Positions 29,401 through 38,143 of a stretch of DNA of 64,000 nucleotides are shown piece by piece (the stretch's first letter is position 1; each line of letters begins with the position of its first letter). Under the pieces are notes generated by a model. That model was not told the DNA's origin. It saw nothing but the letters and a program-made list of their open reading frames with translations, and ran no database searches. Location of the stretch: contig CAKZLU010000029.1 of assembly GCA_937127245.1 (NCBI GenBank), forward strand, positions 67,502 to 131,501. Reading direction: 5' to 3'. The stretch comes from an uncultured Actinomycetes bacterium. GTDB lineage: Bacteria > Actinomycetota > Geothermincolia > Fen-727 > JACVIW01. A program made the position numbers and the translations under genes.

Positions 29401-29666
29401 AGATTGTAACCGAGGGCATAGTCGCGCGAATAGACCCCGAGATTTGCTCGGGATGTGGCCAATGCATCGACCTTTGCTCGTACGGAGCTTTGGAGTTTGA
29501 CCCCTCGATGAGAGTCGCGAGAGTTAACCCTTCGCTGTGCAAGGGCTGCGGGGCTTGCAGTGCGGCTTGTCCTTCAGGAGCGAATCAACTTCTCGGCTTT
29601 AGACCCTGTCAAATCTACGCGCAGATTGAAGCTTCATGCGCTCTTCTGGAGGCGGGTGGTCAATGA
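26499..29666 (+). CDS. hdrA: HdrA-like flavoprotein, 1055 aa, apparent tandem HdrA-HdrA fusion with a C-terminal 2x[4Fe-4S] ferredoxin domain
   Basis: There are two GxGxxG FAD motifs (VIGGGIAGVQASLDLA near the N-terminus and VIGGGPAGMSAALRLA near the middle). There are two CVGSR(D/N)...YCS..CC cluster motifs. An inserted CTGCGICTEHC ferredoxin, a mid-protein CRCG..ASCTPR Cys-rich domain and a C-terminal CSGCGQCIDLCS...CKGCGACSAACP domain are also present. Confidence 0.85.
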   Translation: MNGKIYETQTEGGKSERVYSSKPVGSVMVIGGGIAGVQASLDLADLGYRVYLVDSAPSIGGVMGQLDKTFPTNDCSMCILSPKLVEAGSNDNIEIITLAEIMDITGEPGNLEVILKRNPRFVDIDKCTGCGICTEHCRVKVKDPYNAGLARVPLIRVPFPQAVPGAAFIDPTKCLQILKGKCGECQKYCPAGAIDFSDKERTDKIEVGSVIIACGFSPFDPHKTEEYGYGTYENVITSLEFERILAANGPTGGHILRRSDSQSAQKIAFIQCVGSRDSRIGNTYCSSVCCMYATKQAIIAREHDRRIQSTIFYIDFRAHGKGFEEYRSRAENEHGVRYVRCLVSAVKEMQPSKRLLLVFINEENQFVEEEFDLVVLSVGITSGIDALATRLGIRVNSHGFIQVPKPASLETSRPGVYVCGAAEGPKDIPESVIQASAAAGSASSLLCPSRGELTVKREYPPERDVRGDEPRIGAIICRCGTNIGGVVDVPAVVEYARTLPGVVFAEERLYACSQDAQVWIKEIIEKHKLNRLVVASCTPRTHQPLFRETVRLAGLNKYLFEMANIREHCSWVHMDEPGLATEKAKQLVLIAVKKASLLEPLEEGVSPVTPVALVIGGGPAGMSAALRLADAGFKTHLVEQEEELGGNMRHVRMTLEGDNAREILEEMIRSVMNHPLVEVHLTSKVASIEGYVGSYTSVIEKCANSAGRSNPDIESASLGDDVSEDGTVRVDHGIVVVAVGAEEYRPKYGEYMYGLDQRVITQTELERRIFDEPESLEGVKNVVMVQCVGSRNEEHPYCSRICCGVTLKNACELKKFLPGANVTICYRDVRAYGFNEEKYLDARERGVRFVRFTQEDQPSVSAAIGRLEVVVKDRNMRDEAITIFPDLLVLSCGIVARGGSRELASMLKVPLTSDGFFLEAHVKLRPIEFATDGIFLAGMAHYPKTIRESIASAQAAAAKAEAVLSKDKIVTEGIVARIDPEICSGCGQCIDLCSYGALEFDPSMRVARVNPSLCKGCGACSAACPSGANQLLGFRPCQIYAQIEASCALLEAGGQ

Positions 29667-30172
29667 TGAGTGAAGCACGCGGCTCAAGCGTGAAAATACC
29701 CGATGACGTGAGAATCGTGGCTTTCCTTTGCAACTGGTGTTCGTATGCCGGGGCTGACCTTGCTGGTGTGAGCCGCATGCAGTACCCCCCAAACGTCGTG
29801 GGGATAAGGGTTATGTGTACGGCCACGGTATCTCCGTATCACGTGCTTAAAGCTCTGCAGATGGGAGCGGATGGCGTATTGATCGCCGGTTGCCACATCG
29901 GGGATTGTCATTACCTGAAAGGTAACTACATGACTTACAAAAGATACCTTATCTTGCGAGAAATTCTTCGCTTCGCGGGCATTAACGAGAAGAGAGTTCG
30001 GCTCGAGTGGATTTCCGCGGCTGAGGGCGAGAAATTTGCTGAAGTGATAAGGAGTTTTACCGAAGAGGTTAGAGAGGCTGGATTGAGCCCCTTGAGAAAG
30101 AACGAGGTCATTAAGTCGGAGTTTGGCGAAAAGCTCAAAAACGCTTTCCGTTCACTTGAGGTTGTCAAATGA
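29663..30172 (+). CDS. mvhD: MvhD/FlpD-like methyl-viologen-reducing hydrogenase delta subunit homolog ([2Fe-2S])
   Basis: The conserved pattern is FLCNWCSY...VMCTA...AGCHIGDCHY. The ATG at 29663 overlaps the hdrA stop (ATGA); the longer frame begins at 29636. Confidence 0.8.
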   Translation: MMSEARGSSVKIPDDVRIVAFLCNWCSYAGADLAGVSRMQYPPNVVGIRVMCTATVSPYHVLKALQMGADGVLIAGCHIGDCHYLKGNYMTYKRYLILREILRFAGINEKRVRLEWISAAEGEKFAEVIRSFTEEVREAGLSPLRKNEVIKSEFGEKLKNAFRSLEVVK

Positions 30173-30310
30173 AAGCCAAATTTCTCATGAAAAAGCCCAT
30201 AGGTACTGTCTCCGTCTGGGAATCGGAGGACTTTTGTCTTTCGTTTGGCTCTTTGTTGAGCGGGCGCAACGGACTTGCAAGTATCTTATGAGCGGAAGCG
30301 GAGGAATATC

Positions 30311-31117
30311 GTGTCGATAAGAGAAAAGGCGCGTCAATTGTTCGCGGAGGGAGTTGATGGGGTTCTCGCTTTCAAGAGAACGGATGGCGTTTGCATACCC
30401 CATCTCTTTACCAAAACCGAGGTCGAGGAGATTTGCAAGGACGTTCCCGCAGATCAAAGATACCCGGTTGCCGGAATCGTCCGCCGCATTTTCCTTTCCG
30501 GGCTTGCCGGAAAAATTGGCGTCGTGGCCAGGGGATGCGACGAGAGGGCACTTATCGAACTGGGCAAGCAGGGTCAAATCGATTTTGACCTTTTATCAAT
30601 CATCGGGGTCGCCTGCAGTGAGGAACAGGCAAGATACTGCGAGTGCTCAAAGCCTTATCCCTCACGCATAGATGTTGGCTCAAGATTTGAGGGAATATCG
30701 GTTTCTGAAAAAGTCCGCGCCGTCGAATCCATGGAAGGCGATGAGAGACTCGCCTACTGGCTTGCTCAATTCGCTTCTTGCCTGAAGTGTATGGGTTGCA
30801 GAAATATCTGTCCCGTTTGCTATTGTGTTGAGTGCTCTCTCGAGGATGAAAACCTCGTCCGGCGCGGGAGCGTACCTCCTGACTGGCCTGTCTTCCACCT
30901 TCTCCGGGCGGTTGACATGGCTTCGAGGTGCATTGATTGCGGACTGTGCGAGGAAAGTTGTCCATCGGGTATTCCGCTCAGAACGCTTTACAAAAAGGCA
31001 ACCGAAATTGTTAAAGAATTGTTCGACTATGAACCTGGCGCGGATATGACCCAAAGGAGCCCGCTTGGAACTATCGGGGATCAAAGCGAGCTGCCCGGCG
31101 GGGCATTTGAGGCGTGA
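30311..31117 (+). CDS. Iron-sulfur subunit, 2x[4Fe-4S] ferredoxin core with FrhB/FdhB-like flanks (putative electron-transfer subunit between Fdh and Hdr)
   Basis: CLKCMGCRNICP and CIDCGLCEESCP motifs. The likely start is the GTG at 30311, after a GGAGGA RBS; the ORF track begins at TTG 30275. Confidence 0.5.
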   Translation: MSIREKARQLFAEGVDGVLAFKRTDGVCIPHLFTKTEVEEICKDVPADQRYPVAGIVRRIFLSGLAGKIGVVARGCDERALIELGKQGQIDFDLLSIIGVACSEEQARYCECSKPYPSRIDVGSRFEGISVSEKVRAVESMEGDERLAYWLAQFASCLKCMGCRNICPVCYCVECSLEDENLVRRGSVPPDWPVFHLLRAVDMASRCIDCGLCEESCPSGIPLRTLYKKATEIVKELFDYEPGADMTQRSPLGTIGDQSELPGGAFEA

Positions 31118-31280
31118 AAGGAGTCCGTAACTGTTTTCAAAATTTGGTTTTTTGCATGAAAGACTCAACTTAATCACTAATCCGGTAGGGTAATTTTAAA
31201 AATAAAAAAGTGGCGCGGAGACAATATGCCGCGTGTAAGTTTGTGGAAGTGCTTGGATCAATCGATTGTCAGGAGAGTCT

Positions 31281-33341
31281 ATGTCAGATAAGAACTTAGA
31301 TTTTAGCTATACCACGGTTCCCACTATCTGTCCCTACTGCGGAACAGGTTGCGGGATGCTTCTCGAAGTTATCGGGGGAAAAATATCAGGCGTGCTTCCC
31401 ATGAAAGGGCACCCGGTATCCGACGGTTGTCTCTGCCTGAAAGGCTGGACGGCGCACGAGTTTGTCTCATCTCCAGACAGACTTGCCCGCGCGCTTGTGG
31501 GTAAGGATGGAGATTTCAAGGAGGTCGGATACACCGAAGCTGTTGCGCTCGTGGCAGATGCGATGCGCGAAACTGTTGAGAATCACGGCCCTGACAGCTG
31601 CGCTTTTGTCGCATCGGCAAGATGCACCAATGAAGAGAATTATTTGATGAGTAAACTTGCGCGTTTCGCGGTGGGCACAAACAACATAGATCACTGCGCG
31701 CGTTTGTGACACAGCCCAACGGTCGCCGGTCTGGCGACGGTGTTCGGTTCTGGTGCTATGACAAACTCGATAGGTGAGCTATCGGATGCCGATGTAATTT
31801 TGCTGACAGGATCGAACACCAGCGAACAGCACCCGGTCATTGCGGGGAAGATATTGGACGCGGTCCGGAAGGGCGCGAAACTGCTCATATTCGACCCTCG
31901 CATCATTCATCTTACCTCATTTGCTCACATGCATTTACGGCAAAAGCCGGGTACGGACATAGTCTGGATAAACGCTTTAATGAAAGTGATCATTGATGAG
32001 GACCTCCTGGACAGAGAGTTCGTAAACTCAAGAACCGAGGGCTTTGAAGAGCTTTCGCGTTCGCTGGAAAACTATTCTTTGGAGCGCGCGGCTGAAATAT
32101 GCGGAATAGAAGCTTCAGACCTCAGGGAAGCGGCGAGGATTTTCGCAATGGCTGACAAGGCGTCGATAGTCTATTGCATGGGGATAACTCAGCACGTTTT
32201 CGGCACCAGGAATGTACTGGCACTCGCTAACCTCGCGCTGTTGACAGGAAACGTTGGCAGACTCTCCACCGGTGTAAATCCGCTCCGCGGCCAGAACAAT
32301 GTGCAGGGAGCTTGCGATGTGGGGGCGCTTCCAAATGTTCTTACTGGTTACCAGAAGGTTGACGACGATGTTGCGAGGGGGAATTTTGAAAGCGCCTACG
32401 GAAAGAAACTACCTTCAAAACCTGGATTGACTCTTATTGAAATAATGAACGCTTGTCTTGAGGGAAAGATCAAGTTTCTCTACATAATGGGTGAAAACCC
32501 GATGATAACCGAGCCGGATTTAAAGCACGTCGAAGAAGCGCTCTCGGCGGTTGATTTTCTGGTGGTTCAGGACATATTTCTTACCGAAACCGCCAGGCTC
32601 GCTCACGTGGTGCTTCCTGGTAGCTGCTGGGCGGAAAAGGACGGTACATTTACGAACACGGAGCGTCGGGTTCAAAGAATAAGGAAAGCTATCGATCCCC
32701 CCGGAGATGCCAGACTGGACTGGCAGATCATCTGTGACATAGCGAAAGCTTTCGGTTCAGATTATTTCGAATATTCTTCTGCCGAGGAGATATTTGACGA
32801 GATAGCGAAATTAACTCCCTCGTACTCGGGGATGAGTTATCAAAGGCTTTCCACGCAAGGTTTGCAGTGGCCGTGTCCTTCAGTTGACCATCCGGGCACC
32901 GTTTACCTGCACGAGACAGGTTTTGCAAGGGGTAAAGGACTTTTCAGCGTGGTTGAATACGATCCCGAATCTCAGAAGCTCGAAGAACACTATCCTTTCG
33001 TGCTCATGACTGGCAGGGTAGGATTTCAGTATCACTCCGGAACGATGTCCAGACGTTCACGCGCGCTCGCGCGTGAGGTACCCGAAGCTTACGTCGAGAT
33101 CAGTCCTCAGGATGCGGCAAGACTCGGTATTTCAGATCGAGATAAAGTAAAAGTTGTAAGCCCCAACGGCGAGCTCACCGTCCGCGCATTTGTTACTGAA
33201 AGGGTTCGTCCCGGCGAGATATTCATTCCTTTCCACTTTTCTGAAGCTCCCGCGAACATACTTATAAACAGCAGAGAGCTTGACCCACAAAGCAAGATAA
33301 CCTCAATGAAGTTTTGTCCGGCGAGGATAGAGAAGGCATAA
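31281..33341 (+). CDS. fdhA: Formate dehydrogenase alpha subunit (molybdopterin oxidoreductase), selenocysteine-containing; in-frame TGA at 31707..31709
   Basis: The N-terminal Fe-S motif is CPYCGTGCG...C. ORFs 31266..31709 and 31740..33341 share one frame, joined by a single TGA. It sits in the canonical HCARL-U-HSPTVAGL motif (compare E. coli FdhF VCHxRxCHGPSVA with U140). Molybdopterin-binding and C-terminal cap regions follow. Confidence 0.85.
31710..31745 (+). promoter_or_regulatory. SECIS-like hairpin immediately 3' of the UGA (stem GTCGCC/GGCGAC 31722-31727/31733-31738, apical loop GGUCU)
   Basis: Read from the sequence. The hairpin starts about 13 nt after the UGA, and its apical loop contains GGUC, as in bacterial SECIS elements. 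Confidence 0.55.
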
Positions 33342-33567
33342 ACCTGAAGACGAGCGTGTCATACCCCTACAAAGGACTCTGCCCAAACAGGCATTAGGCG
33401 GCTCGAGTGAGTGAAAGGAAATGGGCAATCGGGTCTGGGACTGGGCGAGCCTTTCCTATCATTTACCTTGTGATTTCTATTATTATATTTCCTAATATTT
33501 ATCCCATGTTAATAGGACAGGTTAAATGTGGCTATTATTTTTACGGGATTGGAAACCTGGAGGCTGA

Positions 33568-34878
33568 ATGAGCGATCCTGCCCTTGATCTGAATAGGATA
33601 ATCAGCGAGGCTTCGCCCGCGTTTTACTCAGCCCTTTCCGAGCTTGGTAAAAGCTTGTTTTTCCCCGCGGGCATTCTAACTCAAACAGCGGAAGCAAGAG
33701 AAAAAGCCCATTGTCTGGACGCGACCATTGGTATAGCAAGAGAGGGCGGACAGGCTATGTATATTCCGGAGCTTTTGAAGAACGCGGGGAACCTACCTCC
33801 GGACGAAGCACTTGATTACGCGCCTGCGACGGGCAACCCAGCTTTGAGGAGAAAATGGCTTGAGAGAATGTTGGAAAAAAACCCATCCTTAAAAAATGCG
33901 GGCCTCAGCCTTCCCATTGTGACTTCCGGGCTCACACATGGTCTTTCGATCAGCGCTGATATTTTTTCAGACCCCACAGATATTCTCATTTTGCCTGACA
34001 AGCACTGGGGTAACTACAGGATGATATTTCAGACGAGGAGGGGTACCGAAATCCGATTTTTTCCCTTTTTCAACGACGATGGGGGTTTCAACTCGCGAGG
34101 GTTGCTCGAAGTCGCCAGAGGCGCGCTCGATGAAAAGGGCAAGGTCATATTGATTTTCAACTTTCCCAATAATCCCACCGGTTACTCCCTTTCAGAAGAT
34201 GAAGCGCGCTTTTTGGCTGACTCTCTTGTGAGTCTTTGCTCAGAAGAAGGCACAATCATCGCTATAGTGGACGATGCTTATTTTGGCTTTAACTATGAAA
34301 CTGACGTTATCTCCGAGTCCTTCTTCTCTTATCTTGTTGGAAGGAGCGAGAGAATTTTTCCAGTGAAACTTGACGGGGCTACCAAGGAACTTTTCGCCTG
34401 GGGCGTGAGGGTAGCCTTCATAACATTCAGTGTTGCGGCGCGTGAAAACCCGCAGGGTCTTTATGGAGCCATTGAAAAGAAAGTTGGTGGTCTGATAAGG
34501 GCGACGGTTTCGAATTCGCCCCAGATTTCTCAGTCGATTGTTTTAAGGGCACTTGAAAATCCTCAGACGAGCAAGCAGGAAAACGAGAAATATCTCATTT
34601 TGAAGCGAAGGGCGGCTGTTGCTAAAGAATGCGCGTATAGAGAGGAGTATCTAAAGGAATGGGAGCCCTATAATTTTAACTCTGGATACTTCATGTGTGT
34701 GAGGATGAAACATGTAGATGCAAGAGATTTCCGCGTGAGGCTACTGGAGAAATACGGCGTTGGCCTGATCGCGGAAAACGAAACAGACGTGAGGGTTGCT
34801 TTTGCGGCTGTCGACGAAGCGGACATACCCACGCTGTTTGATATAATGTTCAAGTGTGCGCAGGAGATGAGATTTTGA
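33568..34878 (+). CDS. PLP-dependent aminotransferase, class I/II fold
   Basis: The length and the NFPNNPTGYSLSEDE segment are characteristic of fold-type I aminotransferases, with the PLP lysine region downstream. A GGAGG RBS lies upstream. Confidence 0.7.
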   Translation: MSDPALDLNRIISEASPAFYSALSELGKSLFFPAGILTQTAEAREKAHCLDATIGIAREGGQAMYIPELLKNAGNLPPDEALDYAPATGNPALRRKWLERMLEKNPSLKNAGLSLPIVTSGLTHGLSISADIFSDPTDILILPDKHWGNYRMIFQTRRGTEIRFFPFFNDDGGFNSRGLLEVARGALDEKGKVILIFNFPNNPTGYSLSEDEARFLADSLVSLCSEEGTIIAIVDDAYFGFNYETDVISESFFSYLVGRSERIFPVKLDGATKELFAWGVRVAFITFSVAARENPQGLYGAIEKKVGGLIRATVSNSPQISQSIVLRALENPQTSKQENEKYLILKRRAAVAKECAYREEYLKEWEPYNFNSGYFMCVRMKHVDARDFRVRLLEKYGVGLIAENETDVRVAFAAVDEADIPTLFDIMFKCAQEMRF

Positions 34879-34972
34879 ACCGAGCGTTCTTAGGTAATTG
34901 CCACTCCTTCTTTTAGTTATTCCGGATTGTTTGGAAATCTTATCGAAGAGGACTGTAAGCGGAGAGTGAGGT

Positions 34973-36298
34973 ATGTCAGAAAAGAAAGAAAATACAATTT
35001 ACATAATTGACGTAACGAACAGAGATGGGGTTCAAACCTCCAGACTTCACCTTGCCAAACTAAACAAGACCCTTATAAACATCTATCTCGACAAAATGGG
35101 CATATTCCAGAGCGAAGCTGGCTTCCCGACTACAAATCATGAGACCAACTACTTGAGAGGCAATCTCGAACTTGTCGAAATCGGCGCGATTAAGAGGATA
35201 AGGCTTTCTGGTTGGATACGGGCTATAACCCAAGATGTTGAACTTGCAAGGGAGATGGTTCCTGAACTCAAACATGTAAACATTTCCACTTCAACATCTC
35301 CCCAGATGATTCAGGGTAAATGGGGAGGGGAGAGGACTTTCAAAGATGTAATCGCTTTAATGAGGGATGCTCTTCAATGTGCTCACGATCTTGGTTTCGA
35401 GACGGTAGGCGTTAATGCTGAGGATGCGTCAAGAACTCCGGTGGAAGACCTGATCGAATTCTTTACTGTGGCGAAAGAAAATGGAGCTTGCCGGGTGAGA
35501 TATTGCGACACTCTCGGATATGACGACCCATTCACCATCTACGAGAGAATCAGGACTCTTGCCGAACACACCCAGATAGGCGTCGAGCTCCACTGCCACA
35601 ACGACCTCGGTATGGCGGTTGCGTGCTCAGTGGCAGGGGCGAAGGGAGCAGTAGATGGTGGGGTTGATGCCTACATCAACACGACCATAAACGGTATAGG
35701 CGAAAGAGCGGGAAACGCGGACCTTGTCTCATGCCTTTTGGCAATTTTGAAATCGAGCGGAATGGAAGGACGTTATAAGCTGGACCCCAATATTGACCTT
35801 ATCTGGTCTTGGAAAATAGCAAAGTACGCTTCGTATGCTTTCGGTGTTCCAATACCGATTACCCAGGTTGGAGTCGGGAGCAATGCTTTCGCTCACGAAT
35901 CCGGAATACATGCCGATGGGGCTTTAAAGGACCGAAGAAATTACGAACTGTACGACTGCGAAGAACTGGGCAGAGGCGAGCCTGAGATTATCGAAACAGG
36001 TCGTATGATAACGACTGGTGCTTACGGCGGAATAAAGGGATTCAGAGACGTGTACAACAGGCTTGAGATAGAGTTCCATTCGGACGAGGAGGCAAGGGAG
36101 ATTCTCGACCTGGTAAGACTCGCAAATGTCACCACCGGAAAACCGCTGACCGAAGATGAGCTCAGATTTATCGCTCAGTATCCGGATCAGGCAAGAAAGA
36201 TACTGACTCTCACCACCTATCAGGAGCCCGAGATCAAGAAAAAGAGAACAGAAGTGACCCGCAAACTCGGTTTCCCGTACGAAAGGGTTCAGGAATAA
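34973..36298 (+). CDS. HMGL-like DRE-TIM metallolyase (2-isopropylmalate / homocitrate / citramalate synthase family)
   Basis: The N-terminal DVTNRDGVQT (compare TLRDGEQ) and metal-binding HxH (ELHCHNDLGMAVA) motifs are present. It is about 441 aa. Confidence 0.75.
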   Translation: MSEKKENTIYIIDVTNRDGVQTSRLHLAKLNKTLINIYLDKMGIFQSEAGFPTTNHETNYLRGNLELVEIGAIKRIRLSGWIRAITQDVELAREMVPELKHVNISTSTSPQMIQGKWGGERTFKDVIALMRDALQCAHDLGFETVGVNAEDASRTPVEDLIEFFTVAKENGACRVRYCDTLGYDDPFTIYERIRTLAEHTQIGVELHCHNDLGMAVACSVAGAKGAVDGGVDAYINTTINGIGERAGNADLVSCLLAILKSSGMEGRYKLDPNIDLIWSWKIAKYASYAFGVPIPITQVGVGSNAFAHESGIHADGALKDRRNYELYDCEELGRGEPEIIETGRMITTGAYGGIKGFRDVYNRLEIEFHSDEEAREILDLVRLANVTTGKPLTEDELRFIAQYPDQARKILTLTTYQEPEIKKKRTEVTRKLGFPYERVQE

Positions 36299-36350
36299 AG
36301 GGTTAATGATTTTTCTTATTCTGAGAAAAACGGTCTTGTACACTTCTTTA

Positions 36351-36380
36351 AAGCCGCCGCGCAAACGGTGGCTTTTTCAT
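36351..36380 (+). terminator. Rho-independent terminator-like hairpin after the HMGL-like gene (AAGCCGCC-gcgcaaac-GGTGGCTT followed by TTTTT)
   Basis: Read from the sequence. The 8-bp stem has one G-U pair and is followed by a T-run. Confidence 0.5.
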
Positions 36381-36498
36381 CGCGGAACTTTAGAAAATAA
36401 TGACCTTCTGTCATGGTGTGGTATAGACTTAACATTAGCCCTTCAGGGCTTTTCGGGGATTTCCGCCTGTGGGTCAATGTCTTGGGGAAGGAGGAGCA

Positions 36499-37917
36499 AT
36501 GGGTACCGACGAGGTTTGCTGGCTGAGCGCGATAGAGCTTCTTGATTCTTACAGGAAGAAGGAGCTTTCTCCGGTTGAGGTCGCCAAAACTGTTTTCGAG
36601 AGATTGGATGAGGTAAATCCAAAAATAAACGCTGTCATAACGCTTACCTATGACCTCGCGATGGAGCAGGCAAAGAAAGCTGAGGAGGACTGGAGGAGCG
36701 GTACTCCTGGCACGTTGTGCGGTGTGCCGGTAACAATAAAAGACTTGATTGTCACCAAAGGAATCAGGACTACTTGTGGTTCAAAGCTTTTCGAGGACTA
36801 TGTTCCTGATGAGGACGCGGTTCTTGTCGAGAGATTGAGAAACGCAGGGGCAGTTTTCTTGGGGAAGACGAACGTGCCCGAGTTCGGGCTGGTTGCCGTG
36901 ACGGACAACCTTCTTTTTGGTCCTTCGAGGAATCCTTGGGATTTGATTAAGACTACCGGAGGCTCAAGCGGTGGGGCTGCCGCCGCTGTCGCATCCGGAA
37001 TTGGTCCGGTCGCGGTAGGCAATGACGGGGGAGGTTCCATAAGGATTCCATCAAGTTTATGCGGGGTCTTTGGCCTTAAACCCCATTTCGGGAGGATTCC
37101 AAGCTATCCTCATGTTGTCCATGGTTGGGAAACAATGAACCATGAGGGTCCTATAACGAGAACGGTTTCTGACGCCGCTTTGATGCTCGATGTGATGGCG
37201 GGTCGGGATGACAGAGACAGGTTGTCCCTACCGGAGAGCGGGGTAAATTACCTGGATTCGCTCGAAAAACCGCTTGGAAAACTGAAGATTGCTTTCACCA
37301 CAGACCTTGCGGTTCAGGCTGTTGACAGGGAGGTCGCACAGATTACCGCTGACGCCGCTCGGGTATTTGAGGAATTCGGATGTGAGGTTGTCGAAGACGA
37401 TCCAGGTATTTTCGACATGTCCCAGGACCTCACCGTAATGGTGCTTGTTGACACGCTGGCTGCTCATGAGCATCATATTGAAAAGGCCAAAGAACTCATG
37501 TACCCGCTTTACAGACCTTTCCTTGACATAGCTCTAATTTACACAGGGGTTGACAGAATAAGGGTAGAGTTTCGCAGAAAGGATTTGTGGAAAATACTTC
37601 GTCGCTTCTTCGAGAAATACGACCTTTTGCTTACGCCTTCGACCGCTTGCCCTGCTTTTGATTTCAAGGAAGGCGGCATGCTCGGGCCTGATACGATAGA
37701 CGGTAAAGAGGTGAACCCCGCTTCGTGGGTTGGTTTCACATTCCCCTTCAACTTCACGGGGCAGCCGGCCGCTTCGGTGCCATGCGGTTTCACCGAATCC
37801 GGACTTCCGGTGGGTCTGCAAATTGTGGGTCGCAGATTCGATGAGGTGACGGTCCTCCAGGCGGCTTTTGCTTTTGAAAAAGCAAGACCTTGGGCGCACG
37901 TGCGACCTGAGTTATAG
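36499..37917 (+). CDS. Amidase-signature family amidase (GatA-like)
   Basis: The GGSSGGAAAAVASG signature and the catalytic Ser-cisSer-Lys context are present. An AGGAGG RBS precedes the ATG at 36499; the longer frame begins at 36469. Confidence 0.8.
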   Translation: MGTDEVCWLSAIELLDSYRKKELSPVEVAKTVFERLDEVNPKINAVITLTYDLAMEQAKKAEEDWRSGTPGTLCGVPVTIKDLIVTKGIRTTCGSKLFEDYVPDEDAVLVERLRNAGAVFLGKTNVPEFGLVAVTDNLLFGPSRNPWDLIKTTGGSSGGAAAAVASGIGPVAVGNDGGGSIRIPSSLCGVFGLKPHFGRIPSYPHVVHGWETMNHEGPITRTVSDAALMLDVMAGRDDRDRLSLPESGVNYLDSLEKPLGKLKIAFTTDLAVQAVDREVAQITADAARVFEEFGCEVVEDDPGIFDMSQDLTVMVLVDTLAAHEHHIEKAKELMYPLYRPFLDIALIYTGVDRIRVEFRRKDLWKILRRFFEKYDLLLTPSTACPAFDFKEGGMLGPDTIDGKEVNPASWVGFTFPFNFTGQPAASVPCGFTESGLPVGLQIVGRRFDEVTVLQAAFAFEKARPWAHVRPEL

Positions 37918-38143
37918 ATAAGCGATAAATAGTCGCGGGCTTCTTTACGGGACTTTGAGTTTTCCGAGCGACGGATCCGGTTTGCTTGCCGGTAAAACAT
38001 TCGTGTTGCCCCAGGATTTGCTTCGGTTGGTTGGTGTTAGAAATTAGCCGGTACCAAAAATAGATTTCGGCATGCGTTTTTTGGCTGGACACTCTTGTTT
38101 GATGGGATATGAGATAATCAATATGGGGCAGCCGGTGATTTGA

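Noticed and set aside
31707-31709. fdhA interrupted by a stop codon, read as a pseudogene or frameshift
   Set aside because: Both fragments are in the same frame. The TGA sits exactly at the conserved Sec/Cys position of the HCARL-x-HSPTVAGL motif and is followed by a SECIS-like hairpin, so selenocysteine read-through is the better explanation.
37918-38143. Weak hairpins after the amidase gene, considered as terminators
   Set aside because: Stems are short and imperfect and no clean U-tract follows, so they are not reported as features.
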